Assembly (NCBI GenBank): GCA_938084645.1
Contig: CALKEP010000054.1
Coordinates: forward strand, 1 to 64,000
Direction of reading: 5' to 3'
Origin: an uncultured Phycisphaerales bacterium
Lineage (GTDB): Bacteria; Planctomycetota; Phycisphaerae; Phycisphaerales; SM1A02
DNA: 64,000 bases
Shown here in pieces: positions 11,152-22,000 of the stretch (position 1 is the first letter of the stretch; every line of letters starts with the position of its first letter). The position numbers were made by a program, and so were the translations under genes. The notes under the pieces are model-generated. The model had not been told where the DNA came from and made no database searches. It saw only the letters and a list, made by a program, of their open reading frames with translations.

Positions 11152-12126
11152 ATGCCGAGGCTCGCCGCCAAGCTCCTGACCGCGTTCCAGCTCACGAGGC
11201 TCTCCCTGGTCTTCGGCGCGATCGCCGACGTCTGGTTCGTGGTGCTCTACACGCGGGCCGATCCGCAGTACGCCGCGCTTCCGGTCAACGACATCCCCCT
11301 CGTGGTCGATCTGGTGGTGGCCGCGGTCCTCTCGATCGGGCTGTTCGCGTTCGCGACCACGCTGAACGACCTCCTCGACGTCCGGCATGACGCCACCTTC
11401 AGTCCGGATCGTCCCCTCCCTGCGGGGCGGATCCGAGCGGGCCAGGCCGTCGTGATCGCCATCGGTTCGCTGCTCGCGGCCATTGCGGCGGCGATTCCAT
11501 TCGGAACCGGTGGACTCGTCCTCGCGGTGATCGCCGCCACCGCGGCCCTCTTCTACAACGCCGCCGGCAAGCATCTTCCCGCGGTCGGTGTGATCGTCGC
11601 AGGCCTCGTCCATGTCACCCACATGCTCGTGCCGAACCACCAGCTCGCCTTTCTGCTCCCGGTCTGGCTGGTGTTCTCCCACGTGATGGCCATCTCGATC
11701 CTCGGTCACGTGCTCGAAGGCAAGCGGCCGCGTCTGACCCCCCTCGGAGGAGTGGGCATCGTCCTGGGATGGCTCTTCTGGTCCGCCGTGCTGTTCGGCA
11801 TCGCCACCAATCGCGACCCCGACGGGGGCGTGCTCCCCGACGGCCGAACCGTCGCCGTGGTCATCTGGCCGGTGCTCGCGATGGTGGGATTCGCCGCCCT
11901 CGCGTGGCGGAAGGCCGGGCCCGTGCAGGGGACGCACGCCGCGGAGAAGCTCCGTCGATACGGCGCGATGTGGCATGGCGTCTACGGCACCGCCTGGTTC
12001 GTCGGACTCGGCATGTGGCAGGCCGCGGTGATCATGGCGGTGTTCACCTTCATCGGGATCGCGATCATGACGCTCCTGAAGGAATTCACGGCGACGGAAC
12101 CCGGCATGATCGGTTACCGCATCTGA
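11152..12126 (+). CDS. UbiA-family prenyltransferase (membrane)
   Basis: NDLLDVRHD...DRPLPAGRI aspartate-rich motif; multiple TM helices. Confidence 0.85.
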   Translation: MPRLAAKLLTAFQLTRLSLVFGAIADVWFVVLYTRADPQYAALPVNDIPLVVDLVVAAVLSIGLFAFATTLNDLLDVRHDATFSPDRPLPAGRIRAGQAVVIAIGSLLAAIAAAIPFGTGGLVLAVIAATAALFYNAAGKHLPAVGVIVAGLVHVTHMLVPNHQLAFLLPVWLVFSHVMAISILGHVLEGKRPRLTPLGGVGIVLGWLFWSAVLFGIATNRDPDGGVLPDGRTVAVVIWPVLAMVGFAALAWRKAGPVQGTHAAEKLRRYGAMWHGVYGTAWFVGLGMWQAAVIMAVFTFIGIAIMTLLKEFTATEPGMIGYRI

Positions 12127-12172
12127 TGCGAATCGAGCCGGATCCCGCCGCGATCGGTAGCATCTGCGGCAG

Positions 12173-15100
12173 ATGACCCCATCGTCCTCCATCGCGGCGA
12201 TCGCTTTCGCGAGCATCCTCGCCGCCACCGCCTCCGCGCCCGCCTCGCCGGCCATCGATCGGGACGACACCGCCGGTCCCGACACCCGCCGGGTGGCGAT
12301 CGACGGTTCGAGCCTCGGCGGTTTCGTCCTCCCGATCCTCCCGGTCCAGCACGACCTCGAGATGGACGCGAAGCGGGCCACGAACTGGACCGCCGACGAC
12401 ACCCAGAGGCTCCTCCTCGAGGGCGACGTCGAGATCACGCTCGGCACCTACGCCTTCCGGGCCGATCTCGCCCTGGTCTGGATCAACCGGCTTCCCACGA
12501 AGGACGGCCTCGTCACGCAGGCCGCATTCTGGTTCCCCGAAGTCTCCGAACCGACCCGCCGAGCCGGACTCGGCGCGAGCGGACGCGACGTGCTCGTCAC
12601 CGCCACGATCGACGGCAAGGTCGCCTTGCGGACGATCCTGCTGGAAGACGGCCCGATTCGAAACACGGCCATGGTCCGCGGCGAACAGCGACTCGCCCGA
12701 TACCTGCGGACGCTCGTCGCACCGCCGCTCCCGCGCCTCGGCACCCGACTCGACGTGCAGATCCCACCGGGACCTCCGAAGCCCGTCCTGAAACCGGGAG
12801 GCCGGATCGTCCGCGAGACACCCGCCTCGAACCGGCTCGATCCCACCGAGATCGAACTCCCGGTCCAGGGCAATGGTGATCTGCCGATCTTCGACCCGCG
12901 CGGCCTCGTGTCCTTCAACGCCGACGAGGTGGTCGTGGACGAGGACCGCGACGCGATCATCGTGCTGGGTTCGGTGGTCATCGACTACGACGGAACCAAC
13001 ACCGGCGAGGATCTTCGACGCTTGTCCCTGGTCTCGGATCGAGGCGTCGTGTTCCTGGTGCCCGGGACCATCCGCAATCTTCGAGAGGGGACCGGGACCG
13101 TCGAGGCGGAGTCGATCACCGGGATCTTCCTCGAAGGCGCGGTCCGCGCGAGCGACGGCGAGTACACGATGCGGGGGTCCAGCATCTACTACGACCTGCC
13201 GAGAAACCGCGCGACGATCATGGACGCCGTCCTTCGAACCTACTCCCGCCGCGGACGCAATCTTCCGGTGTACGCCCGGGCCGAGGAGATGCGACAGCTT
13301 TCGACCGACCAGTGGACCGCGGACCGCGCGACGATCTCCACCAGCGAGTTCTTCACCCCCCACCTCTCGATCGGCCTCGAACGCGTCACCGTCACCGAAC
13401 GCCCGGACTCCCAGGGCCGCGCGACCACCTGGGTCAAGGGCGACGGCCTCACCATGAACGCCGGCGGAATTCCGTTCTTCTACTGGCCCGGTTTCGAGGG
13501 CACCGCGGACGAACCACCGCTCAAGGGCGTCCGGTCCGGCTTCGAGAAGGACAAGGGATTCGAAGTGGGCACGACGTGGGATCTGTTCCGCATGCTTGGA
13601 ATCGCCGAGCCGGAATGGGTCGCCGCGGATCTCCTGATCGACGGCTTCTTCGATCGCGGTCCCGCGGTCGGGCTCGATCTCGATCTCGCCGGCATCGGCG
13701 GCGTGAGCGGAAGCGGAGGCTTCGACCTCTACGGCCTCTACGACTTCGGCGGGACGGATCGGACCGCCTCGGGCGAGGACGTCGAGATCGCCGAGGGACT
13801 CCGTGGCCAGGCGGTCGGCGAGTATCGCGCGGTCCTCTCCGCCGATCTCTTCCTCGAGGCCCAGCTGTCCTATCTCTCCGACCAGACCTGGGCGACCTCC
13901 TGGCGAGAGCGCGAATACGACAGCCGCCGGGAATACGAGACGAGTTTCTACCTCGACTACAGCCCCGACAACACGTCGCTCTCCATACTCGCCAAGAAGA
14001 ACCTCAACGACTTTCTCTCGAACAGCTGGCTCATCGCCAGCCAGCCCTACCAGGTCGACAAGCTCCCGGAGATCCTCTACGACCGGGAGGGAGACGACAT
14101 CCTCGAGACCGTCACGTGGTCGAGCACCTACGGGTTCTCCAGCATGCGACTCTCCCCCACCGCCGGCTCCGCGGCGAGCCTGGGCGTCGATCCGGAGAAC
14201 TTCGCCACGACCGACGCCGACGCGTCCGTCGCATCGCTCTACGAGGGCGCGGGCTACACCGACGACGTCGTGCAGCGATTCCACACCCGCCAGGAGTTCG
14301 CACTTCCGATCTCCGGTGATGGCTGGAACGTGTCCCCGTTCGTGTTCGGACGCTTCACCGGCTATCTCGATGGCAACTGGGAGGAGTACCGGACGCAATC
14401 CGGTGTCAACGCGGATCTCGACGAGTATCGGGTGATGCTCGGCGGCGGCGCCCGGGCGAGCACGAAGTTCGTCGAGGTCGACAACACCGCGCGGAGCGAT
14501 TTCTTCGACGTCCACCGACTCCGGCACATCATCGAGCCGAACACCACGCTCTGGTGGGGCTGGGACAGCCTTCCCGACGGGGCGTTCCCGCTCTACGACC
14601 AGCGGATCGAAGGCGCGACCGGAGGAACCGTCGCGCAGATCGGAGCCCGTCACACGCTCCAGACGCAACGCGGCGGGCCCGGCAATCGAGAGTCGGTGGA
14701 CCTTCTGGCGATGAACTACGGCGCCGTCTTCAACGACGGCGCGGACGACTTCCAGCGTGGCGATCTCATCCGACCGGGAGGTGGCTACAACGCCTACGCC
14801 TGGGCCCAGTCGCCGTATCCCCAGTTCTTCTCGTGGGAACCGGAACTCAGTCAGTGGGGAACGCACGGCTATGCGAGCGGGGTCTGGCAGCTCAGCAGCT
14901 CCCTCGCCTTCGCCGGTTCCGGGCTCTTCGCCTGGGATCCACGCGAGGTCGTCGACCTGACGAACGGCGAGAATGCCCCCGAATTCCGCACGATCAACGG
15001 CATCCTCCGAGGCTCGGTGGGCCTCGAGATGAATCATGCACCCGACACGAGTTCGTACATCGAGTACCGCTATCTCGCCGCGACGCTCGACGAGATCCTG

Positions 15101-15328
15101 CAGGCGGGACTCCGATACCGGATCGGACGGCTCTACCAGTTCGCGGTGGCCCCGCAGTACGACCTCCGACGCGACGAATTCCGCGCCGCGACGGCGTCGA
15201 TCGTCCGCAAGACGCCGGACTTCGACTTCACCTTCACCATCGGCTACGACCTCATCCGCGACGAGACGACCTTCGGCTTGCGACTCGCGGTGCCCCAGAC
15301 TCCGGGCATCGGCTTCCCCGCGTATTGA
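12173..15328 (+). CDS. LptD/OstA-like outer-membrane assembly protein (planctomycete type)
   Basis: Signal peptide; beta-rich N-terminal part; GGIPFFYWP, SYLSDQ and KLPEI segments resemble LptD; barrel-type alternating C-terminus; 1051 aa. Confidence 0.7.
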   Translation: MTPSSSIAAIAFASILAATASAPASPAIDRDDTAGPDTRRVAIDGSSLGGFVLPILPVQHDLEMDAKRATNWTADDTQRLLLEGDVEITLGTYAFRADLALVWINRLPTKDGLVTQAAFWFPEVSEPTRRAGLGASGRDVLVTATIDGKVALRTILLEDGPIRNTAMVRGEQRLARYLRTLVAPPLPRLGTRLDVQIPPGPPKPVLKPGGRIVRETPASNRLDPTEIELPVQGNGDLPIFDPRGLVSFNADEVVVDEDRDAIIVLGSVVIDYDGTNTGEDLRRLSLVSDRGVVFLVPGTIRNLREGTGTVEAESITGIFLEGAVRASDGEYTMRGSSIYYDLPRNRATIMDAVLRTYSRRGRNLPVYARAEEMRQLSTDQWTADRATISTSEFFTPHLSIGLERVTVTERPDSQGRATTWVKGDGLTMNAGGIPFFYWPGFEGTADEPPLKGVRSGFEKDKGFEVGTTWDLFRMLGIAEPEWVAADLLIDGFFDRGPAVGLDLDLAGIGGVSGSGGFDLYGLYDFGGTDRTASGEDVEIAEGLRGQAVGEYRAVLSADLFLEAQLSYLSDQTWATSWREREYDSRREYETSFYLDYSPDNTSLSILAKKNLNDFLSNSWLIASQPYQVDKLPEILYDREGDDILETVTWSSTYGFSSMRLSPTAGSAASLGVDPENFATTDADASVASLYEGAGYTDDVVQRFHTRQEFALPISGDGWNVSPFVFGRFTGYLDGNWEEYRTQSGVNADLDEYRVMLGGGARASTKFVEVDNTARSDFFDVHRLRHIIEPNTTLWWGWDSLPDGAFPLYDQRIEGATGGTVAQIGARHTLQTQRGGPGNRESVDLLAMNYGAVFNDGADDFQRGDLIRPGGGYNAYAWAQSPYPQFFSWEPELSQWGTHGYASGVWQLSSSLAFAGSGLFAWDPREVVDLTNGENAPEFRTINGILRGSVGLEMNHAPDTSSYIEYRYLAATLDEILQAGLRYRIGRLYQFAVAPQYDLRRDEFRAATASIVRKTPDFDFTFTIGYDLIRDETTFGLRLAVPQTPGIGFPAY

Positions 15329-15376
15329 TCGATGGAAACGGCGCACGCCCATGGCGAGGGACGATCGGACCGGTCG

Positions 15377-16390
15377 TCAGCGTCGCAGGTGTGCCGAACC
15401 GGCCGAGGTGAGCTTTCGCCCACGCGGCGTCCGGGAAAGGAAGCCGATCTGCAGGAGGTACGGCTCGACCACGTCTTCGAGGGTGCCCGCGTCCCCGCCC
15501 ATGGTGGCGGCGATCGCCTCGAGCCCGGCGGGTCCGCCTTCGTAGACCTCCGCGAGCACGTTCAGGTACTTGCGATCGATCTCGTCGAGCCCGAGCTCAT
15601 CGACGCCTTCGAGTTCGAGCGCCGATGTCACCGCCGCCGCGTCGATCCGACCCGTGCCCCGGACCTGCGCAAAGTCCCGGACCCGCCGCAGCAGTCGAAG
15701 CGCGACCCGTGGGGTCCCGCGGCTGCGGGTGGCGATCGCGTCGAAGCCGCTGGCTTCCACCGATTCGATCCCCATCCGCCCCACCGCGCGGTGAAGGATC
15801 TCGACCAGATCGGCGACGGGGTAGTACTCGAGGTGGTGGGTGATGCCGAAGCGAGCCCGCAGCGGCTGGGTCAGCATGCCCGCACGCGTGGTCGCGCCGA
15901 TCAGGGTGAAGGGCTTCAGGGTGAGGGTGATGACCTTCGCGTGCATCCCGCTGTCGACGGTGAAGTCGACCTTGAAGTCCTCCATCGCGGGATAGATGTA
16001 CTCCTCGACCGCGGGGGGAAGTCGGTGGATCTCGTCGATGAAGAGGACGTCGCCTTCGCCGAGCTTGGTGAGGGTCCCGACCAGGTCGGCCGCCTTGTTG
16101 AGCGCGGGACCACTGGTCACCCAGGCCGTCGTGCCCATCTCGTTGGCGATCACATGGGCGAGGGTGGTCTTCCCGAGTCCCGGAGGACCATGCAGCAACA
16201 CGTGCTCCATCGCCTCGTTCCTCGCCTTCACCGCCTCGATCGCGATCGTGAGCCGCTCGATCAGCGCCGCCTGCCCGACGTATTCCGCGATCGACCGAGG
16301 TCTGACCACGGGCGTGGGCGCCGCGGCATCGGCGTTCGTCACCGGTTCCTCGGCCTGCGACTCTCCGGAAACGATGCGCTCTCGTGCCAT
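15377..16390 (-). CDS. ruvB: Holliday junction branch migration helicase RuvB
   Basis: HVLLHGPPGLGKTTLA, FIDEIHR, GATTRAG, RGTPR, EPYLLQIG...RTPRGR. Confidence 0.98.
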   Translation of the reverse strand: MARERIVSGESQAEEPVTNADAAAPTPVVRPRSIAEYVGQAALIERLTIAIEAVKARNEAMEHVLLHGPPGLGKTTLAHVIANEMGTTAWVTSGPALNKAADLVGTLTKLGEGDVLFIDEIHRLPPAVEEYIYPAMEDFKVDFTVDSGMHAKVITLTLKPFTLIGATTRAGMLTQPLRARFGITHHLEYYPVADLVEILHRAVGRMGIESVEASGFDAIATRSRGTPRVALRLLRRVRDFAQVRGTGRIDAAAVTSALELEGVDELGLDEIDRKYLNVLAEVYEGGPAGLEAIAATMGGDAGTLEDVVEPYLLQIGFLSRTPRGRKLTSAGSAHLRR

Positions 16391-16452
16391 TCCCTACATC
16401 ATCGACGTTCGGTCGCCCGGACGCCAGTCGGAGCCGAGCCCGTCTCCAGTCT

Positions 16453-17016
16453 TCAGCCACCGAAATCCGTCGCCACCGGGCCCCGCTCCGCCGGATCGGT
16501 CTCGAAGAACCCCTGGGTCTCGAAGCCGCAGAGGCCGGCCACGAGGTTCGACGGGATCGTGGTGCAGAGCTGATTCATCTCGCGGACGTTGGCGTTGTAG
16601 AACCGCCGGCCGGCGGCGATCCGGTCCTCGGTGTTGGCCAGTTCCGACTGGAGTTCGAGGAATCCGGCATCGGCCTTGAGTTCCGGATAGGCCTCGGCGA
16701 CCGCGAGCAGTCGATCCACGCCTGCGACCATCGCCTGCTCGTCGCCACTCTGACGGTCCGGACGGCCGACGTTCTCACGTGCCTTGTTCCGGAGCTCGAT
16801 CACCCGTTCGAGGGTCTCCCGCTCGTGGACCGCGTACCCCTTGACGGTCGCGACGAGGTTGGGGATCAGGTCGTATCGACGCTTCAACTCCACGTCCACG
16901 TCCGCCCAGCTCTCGTGCAGGTGCTGCCGGACCGAGACCAGTCGGTTGTAGATCACCACGCCCCAGACCAGTGGCAGGAGCAGGACCAGGGTGGGTATCA
17001 GGATGACGAAGAGCAT
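16453..17016 (-). CDS. LemA family protein (copy 2)
   Basis: N-terminal TM; YNRLV, DVELKRRYDLIPNLV, VAEAYPELKA, RRFYN, PSNLVA. Confidence 0.92.
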   Translation of the reverse strand: MLFVILIPTLVLLLPLVWGVVIYNRLVSVRQHLHESWADVDVELKRRYDLIPNLVATVKGYAVHERETLERVIELRNKARENVGRPDRQSGDEQAMVAGVDRLLAVAEAYPELKADAGFLELQSELANTEDRIAAGRRFYNANVREMNQLCTTIPSNLVAGLCGFETQGFFETDPAERGPVATDFGG

Positions 17017-17041
17017 GTCCTGGATCCTTGGAGTGGGGCCG

Positions 17042-17743
17042 TCAGGCCGATTCGTCGGCAAGCGTTCGAACCAGATGATCCGGCCACGCGTCGAAGAACG
17101 TGCCGCACCAGTCGAGATGACGCTCGAATGACTCCGGTTCCCAGCATCCGCGGCCGTCCGAGACGCAGATCAGGTCCCCTTCCAACTCGAACGCGGGCGG
17201 CGCGGTTCGGAGCAGCAGCTCCATCATCCGGGGGTCGACGAGATCGTAGGCGAAACGCTTGTCCTCGCTCGAGACGTGGAACCGGCGACTGAACTCGACG
17301 CTTTCGAAGTCGATGTCGTCGAAACCCAGCATGCCCTTGAGGCGATCGAACACGCCTTCGCGGCGGACGATGGTCTCGGGAACGGAGCCGAACGGGTTCC
17401 ACGCGATGAGGTAGCTCAGACGAATCGTGACCGTGCGGCGGTTCTTGCCCGAACCACGACGCTCCTTGTAGCGGAAGTCGCCGGTGCGAACCTCGATCGA
17501 ACGGCCTCCCAGGTCGAGCGTTCCGCTGATCGTGTTGTAGGCGACCCGCGATCGGCCCTTCCTGAACATCGCGAACCGGGCGAACCGGACGTCGTGCGAC
17601 CCGTCGAAGGACGGATCGAAGTCCAATCCCCTCGCGGTCGCCAGCCCCGCGAGCACCTCCCGGCGCTTCTTCGCCTGCAGGTGGGCGAAGATGAAACCGC
17701 CCGCCACGAGGGCGGCCACCAGAACGATGAGGATCACCTCCAC
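17042..17743 (-). CDS. Hypothetical membrane-anchored protein (DUF3137-like, LemA-associated)
   Basis: N-terminal TM; DIDFESVEFSRRFHVSSEDKRFAYDLVDPRMME segment; lies between two lemA genes. Confidence 0.75.
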   Translation of the reverse strand: MEVILIVLVAALVAGGFIFAHLQAKKRREVLAGLATARGLDFDPSFDGSHDVRFARFAMFRKGRSRVAYNTISGTLDLGGRSIEVRTGDFRYKERRGSGKNRRTVTIRLSYLIAWNPFGSVPETIVRREGVFDRLKGMLGFDDIDFESVEFSRRFHVSSEDKRFAYDLVDPRMMELLLRTAPPAFELEGDLICVSDGRGCWEPESFERHLDWCGTFFDAWPDHLVRTLADESA

Positions 17744-17831
17744 GCGAGCCCTCCCGTCGAATCTGGAACGCTCGGCGTCGCATCGACCGGGATCGGTGCG
17801 ATCGAAACCCGCCTGATCGATGCGAAGGCGA

Positions 17832-18413
17832 TCAGAATTCCACCTTCGGCGCCTTCTTCACCGCGGCGGCCTCGTCCGCGTCGAGCTCGAAGAAGTCCAG
17901 TTCGGAGAAGCCGAACATCCCGGCGACCACGTTGGAGGGGAACGTCTTGGTCGCCTCGTTGAAGGTGCTCACCGTCCGGTTGTAGTGCTGTCGGGCGAAT
18001 CCGATCTTGTTCTCGGTGCTGGTGAGCTCCTCCTGCAACTGCAGGAAGTTCGTGTTCGCCTTGAGCTCCGGATAGGCCTCCGCGACGACCATCAGTCGCC
18101 CCAGCGCCTGGGTGAGCATGTTCTCCGCCCCGGACTGCTCGGAGACGGATGAGGCGCTGGTGGCCGCGGCACGGGCCTGCGTCACCGCTTCGAAGGTCTG
18201 TGACTCGTGGGACGCGTATCCCTTGACCGCACCGACGAGATTCGGGATCAGATCGTGGCGGCGCTTCAACTGGACGTCGATGTCGCTCCAGGAATTCTCC
18301 GCGGCGAGTTTCTTCCGCTGCAGGGCGTTGTAGTAGCCGATCAGGAAGATCGCGACGAGAACGATGACCCCGAGGATCGCGAGGATCGGGATCAGGATGG
18401 CGGCTCCAAACAT
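17832..18413 (-). CDS. LemA family protein (copy 1)
   Basis: WSDIDVQLKRRHDLIPNLV, AEAYPELKAN, ENKIGFARQHYN, FPSNVVA. Confidence 0.93.
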   Translation of the reverse strand: MFGAAILIPILAILGVIVLVAIFLIGYYNALQRKKLAAENSWSDIDVQLKRRHDLIPNLVGAVKGYASHESQTFEAVTQARAAATSASSVSEQSGAENMLTQALGRLMVVAEAYPELKANTNFLQLQEELTSTENKIGFARQHYNRTVSTFNEATKTFPSNVVAGMFGFSELDFFELDADEAAAVKKAPKVEF

Positions 18414-18538
18414 GGTCGACTCCGGAATGCGGGCTTTGGCGGGCGAGGGTCGGACGAGCACGTCGCCGTGAGGAACGACGATCGTGCGCTATGGAAGATA
18501 GTGCCTTCGGTGCGAGTCGGCATGTTCGATCCGCTCCC

Positions 18539-19240
18539 TCAGGGCTTCAGGGATGTGGCAAGACGTTCCACCGCGTCCAGAAACGCCGAAAAGTCGAGAT
18601 AGTCGGGCAGCACCGTCTCCGCGCCGACGGATCGAAGCAGCTCGGCGCGGTCGCCCTCCCCGATTCCGACGAAACCCAGCCCCATTCGATCGGTGGCGAG
18701 GACGTCCCATCGACCGTCCCCCACGTACACGCCTCGGTCGAAGACCTCGCCCGACGATGCGCTCGCCCGCATCATCGCGGTCTCGATGATCGTCTCGCGA
18801 GGATGAGCGTCATCGGCGTGCGCCGCCGGAACGTCGTCGTGGGGCACGCCCGCCGCCTCCAGCTTCAGACCGGCGGTACGCCGCCATCCGCCGGTCGCGA
18901 TCGCGACCGCCCAGCCCGACGACCGCATCGCCTCGAAGATCGCCGGCGCGCCCGGAACCGGAAGAAACCACTCCGGCCGGCGCCGTCGGGCCGCCTCGAT
19001 TCGCGCCGCGAAGGCATCGCGAACCCGGTGGACGTTCTCGTCGGTCGGTGCCAGATCGGTGCGGGTCCGGATGAGTTCCAGGGCGATCGCCTCGTCCGTG
19101 GAATGCGGGTAGCGGCTCCAATCGGTCTCCATCGAATCGAGACCGAGGACGTCCGAGGCCGCCTCGAGCCAGCAGGCATCGTCGACCTCGCTGGTTCGTG
19201 CGAGCGTTCCGTCGAGATCGAACACCACGATTCCGGGCAT
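18539..19240 (-). CDS. HAD-superfamily hydrolase
   Basis: FDLDGTL motif I, ATG motif II, YVGDGRWD motif IV. Confidence 0.9.
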   Translation of the reverse strand: MPGIVVFDLDGTLARTSEVDDACWLEAASDVLGLDSMETDWSRYPHSTDEAIALELIRTRTDLAPTDENVHRVRDAFAARIEAARRRRPEWFLPVPGAPAIFEAMRSSGWAVAIATGGWRRTAGLKLEAAGVPHDDVPAAHADDAHPRETIIETAMMRASASSGEVFDRGVYVGDGRWDVLATDRMGLGFVGIGEGDRAELLRSVGAETVLPDYLDFSAFLDAVERLATSLKP

Positions 19241-19421
19241 GAGCGTCTCCTGGTTGCGGCGAAGCCGTCCGCGCGAGCCTACCAGCCGCGGATCGGAGGC
19301 GTCCGGCGGATCCCACCTCGCCCGACGAACTCACGTCGGTGGCTTCTCGTATTCTGAACGCCCGGGCCTTCCGGTCCCGGTCGATTCGAAGTCCCGCAGC
19401 CGCGGACTCCTGGAGTTTCCG

Positions 19422-20840
19422 ATGCGAATCCGCGACGCGACGGTCATCTTCGGTCTTCTTCTCGCGATCGTCACGATCACCGCCCGACCCGCCGACGCCC
19501 AGATCTCCGCGGCGGAGCGGGCACTGCGCGAGAAGTCCCTCCGCAGGATGTACGAACCGGCGCCGATCGATCCGGCGTCCATCCGCGCGATCGCCCGGGA
19601 TCTGGAGATCGAGGATGAAACGGCGATCGTCAACGCGCTCGCCGCGTACGAACTCGCGTGGCATCCGATCCGGGAGGGACCGGTCCAGATCGTGCGCGAA
19701 CGATGGCCGGCCTGCTTCTCGATCGACGGACAACGGGGCGACGTGCGGACCCGCTACACCCCCGAACTGCTCCTTCTCCTCCAGGCGCGGGCGGAGGCGT
19801 TTCGAGCCGCCGACGTCGCGGACGAGGCGTTGTTCGGTCGGCTGCTCGCCGCCGATCGGGAGGCGGAATCCAAGATCGATCCGGTCGCTTCGACGCGTCG
19901 CGAACGCCGGCGGCGGCGACGCGAACTGCTCGATCTTCCGGACCGGCTTCCCGGGACTTCGATCGAACCGCTGGAACTCGTCACCACCGTCGCGGTGGAT
20001 CCGGAGATCCTCGAAGGCGTGCTTCCCGTGCTCGATGCGTGGGAGGCCGATCTCGACGCCGCCCTCGTCGCGCGATGGTCCCGGAGCGAATCGATCGAGC
20101 GGATGCGGGCCGCGACGAGAATCGAACTCGGCCCGGAATGGGATCGCCTGCTGGCGGGCGCCGCGCGGGATCGAGCCGACCGGGAACTCGCCGCGTACGA
20201 AGAGGCGCTGATCGCGACCGAGATTCCACGTCGGAACATCAATGCCGAGATGATCGAGACGCTCGGCCCCCGGGTCCCACCGCTCACCCATCTCGAGATC
20301 GTCCGCAGTCACCATCGGCTCGCCCATCCGGCGCTGTTCGTGGAGGATGCCCGACTGGAGCGACTGATCCAGGAGATCCTCGCGTCCGATGACCTCGACG
20401 AGCGGGGACGGGAGGACGTCGAGAATCTGATCGCCGCCACCGCGGAACGACTGAACCGTCTCGGCGCGGCCGCGGCGAAGCAGGCGGATCGCTCCCTCGC
20501 GTCCCGGTACCGGCACGTCTCCGACGCGGTGCCCCTCGAGAACCTGGGTGCCGCACCCACCCTCGAAGACGACATCGAGGCGATCCTGGACGAGATCGAA
20601 CTGCTCGACGCGGTGCTGGAACGCCGGCGTGAATTCGATCGTCTGGTCCGGCCGTTCGCCGGCATCGGCGCGAAGACGGAACTCCGGGTTCAGGGACATC
20701 GGGCGGTCAACGCGTCGTTCGATCGGCGCGATCGGTGGAGTCGCGACCGCCTGCGTGAAGCCCTCGTCGAACTGGGGTTCCGCCGGGACGAACGGAATCG
20801 CGGGGCCGATCCCGAAGTCGAACCCGGATTCGAGGAATGA
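19422..20840 (+). CDS. Secreted all-helical hypothetical protein (probable paralog of 60035-61789)
   Basis: Signal peptide ending ARPADA|Q; GGAG upstream; stop overlaps the galK start. Confidence 0.75.
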   Translation: MRIRDATVIFGLLLAIVTITARPADAQISAAERALREKSLRRMYEPAPIDPASIRAIARDLEIEDETAIVNALAAYELAWHPIREGPVQIVRERWPACFSIDGQRGDVRTRYTPELLLLLQARAEAFRAADVADEALFGRLLAADREAESKIDPVASTRRERRRRRRELLDLPDRLPGTSIEPLELVTTVAVDPEILEGVLPVLDAWEADLDAALVARWSRSESIERMRAATRIELGPEWDRLLAGAARDRADRELAAYEEALIATEIPRRNINAEMIETLGPRVPPLTHLEIVRSHHRLAHPALFVEDARLERLIQEILASDDLDERGREDVENLIAATAERLNRLGAAAAKQADRSLASRYRHVSDAVPLENLGAAPTLEDDIEAILDEIELLDAVLERRREFDRLVRPFAGIGAKTELRVQGHRAVNASFDRRDRWSRDRLREALVELGFRRDERNRGADPEVEPGFEE

Positions 20841-21991
20841 CGGAGATCTCCGCGACCGATCGGGCGCGAACGGCCTTCACCCGACGCTTCGGTGTCCCGC
20901 CGAGGATCGTCGCCTCCGCCCCGGGTCGCGTGAACCTGATCGGCGAGCACGTCGACTACACGGGTGGACTGGTCCTCCCGTTCGCGATCGATGCCAGAGC
21001 CGCCGTCGCACTCGGCCCGTCGGAGGACGATCGGACCGTGCTGGTCGCTCCCGATCTCGACGCGGAGACCACCCACCTCGGACCACCGCCGCGACGACCG
21101 GAGACCGAATCGAACCGTCGATTCGCGAATCACCTCCTCGGGGTCCTTGATGCCGCGGGGGGATCCGACGCGCCGATCCGGGCCCTGGTCACCAGTGACG
21201 TTCCGTCCGGCGGCGGACTCTCCTCGAGCGCCGCGATCGAAGTCGCATTCGCCACCGCCTGGGCCGGACTCCACGGCGACGTGACAAATCCGAAGATGCT
21301 CGCGGACCTCGCGATGCGGGCGGAACACGAGTTCGTCGGGACCCCGTGCGGAATCATGGACATGCTGGTGTCCGCCGCCGGCATCGCGGGCAACGCCCTG
21401 CGGATCGACTGTCGCTCGGTGACGTGGAGCCCGGTGCCGATGCCGCCCGAGGACCGGGCGGTCGTCCTGCTCGTGGACAGCGGTGTCACCCATCGACTTC
21501 GCGACGGGGGATACGCGGAACGACGCGCCGCATGCGAGCGGGCCGAAGCGGCGATCGGCGGATCACTCCGGGATGCGACGCTCGAGGACGTCGCCGCGGC
21601 CGGGCTCGACGCGACGGATCGACGACGCGCCTCGCACGTCGTCGAGGAGAACGCCCGCGTCGAGGCGATGGTCGCCGCGCTGGAGGTGGAGGACCTCGAG
21701 ACCGCCGGTCGGATCCTCTTCGACGGACATCGCTCCCTCAAGGATCGCTTCGACGTCTCGATCCCCGAAATCGACCACATCGTCGAGATCGCCCGGCGAC
21801 GCGTCGATGCCGGATGTCTCGGGGCTCGCCTCACCGGGGGCGGATTCGGCGGCAGCGCCCTCGTGCTCACGTCCGCCCGGACGCTGGAATCCAATCGCCG
21901 CGCGATCATCGAGGAGTTCGCCGCGCGATTCGGACGTCGCCCCGAGACCAGGGTGGTCCGGGCATCGGACGGCGCGACGCTCGAGACGTGA
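20837..21991 (+). CDS. galK: Galactokinase
   Basis: APGRVNLIGEHVDY, PSGGGLSSSAA, CGIMD, GARLTGGGFGG. Confidence 0.93.
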   Translation: MTEISATDRARTAFTRRFGVPPRIVASAPGRVNLIGEHVDYTGGLVLPFAIDARAAVALGPSEDDRTVLVAPDLDAETTHLGPPPRRPETESNRRFANHLLGVLDAAGGSDAPIRALVTSDVPSGGGLSSSAAIEVAFATAWAGLHGDVTNPKMLADLAMRAEHEFVGTPCGIMDMLVSAAGIAGNALRIDCRSVTWSPVPMPPEDRAVVLLVDSGVTHRLRDGGYAERRAACERAEAAIGGSLRDATLEDVAAAGLDATDRRRASHVVEENARVEAMVAALEVEDLETAGRILFDGHRSLKDRFDVSIPEIDHIVEIARRRVDAGCLGARLTGGGFGGSALVLTSARTLESNRRAIIEEFAARFGRRPETRVVRASDGATLET

Positions 21992-22000
21992 TCGGTCGGT

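Noticed and set aside
12086..15352. 1088-aa minus-strand ORF
   Set aside because: Antisense shadow of the LptD-like gene.
15377..16390. ruvB without adjacent ruvA/ruvC
   Set aside because: Dispersed ruv genes are common; the gene itself looks intact.
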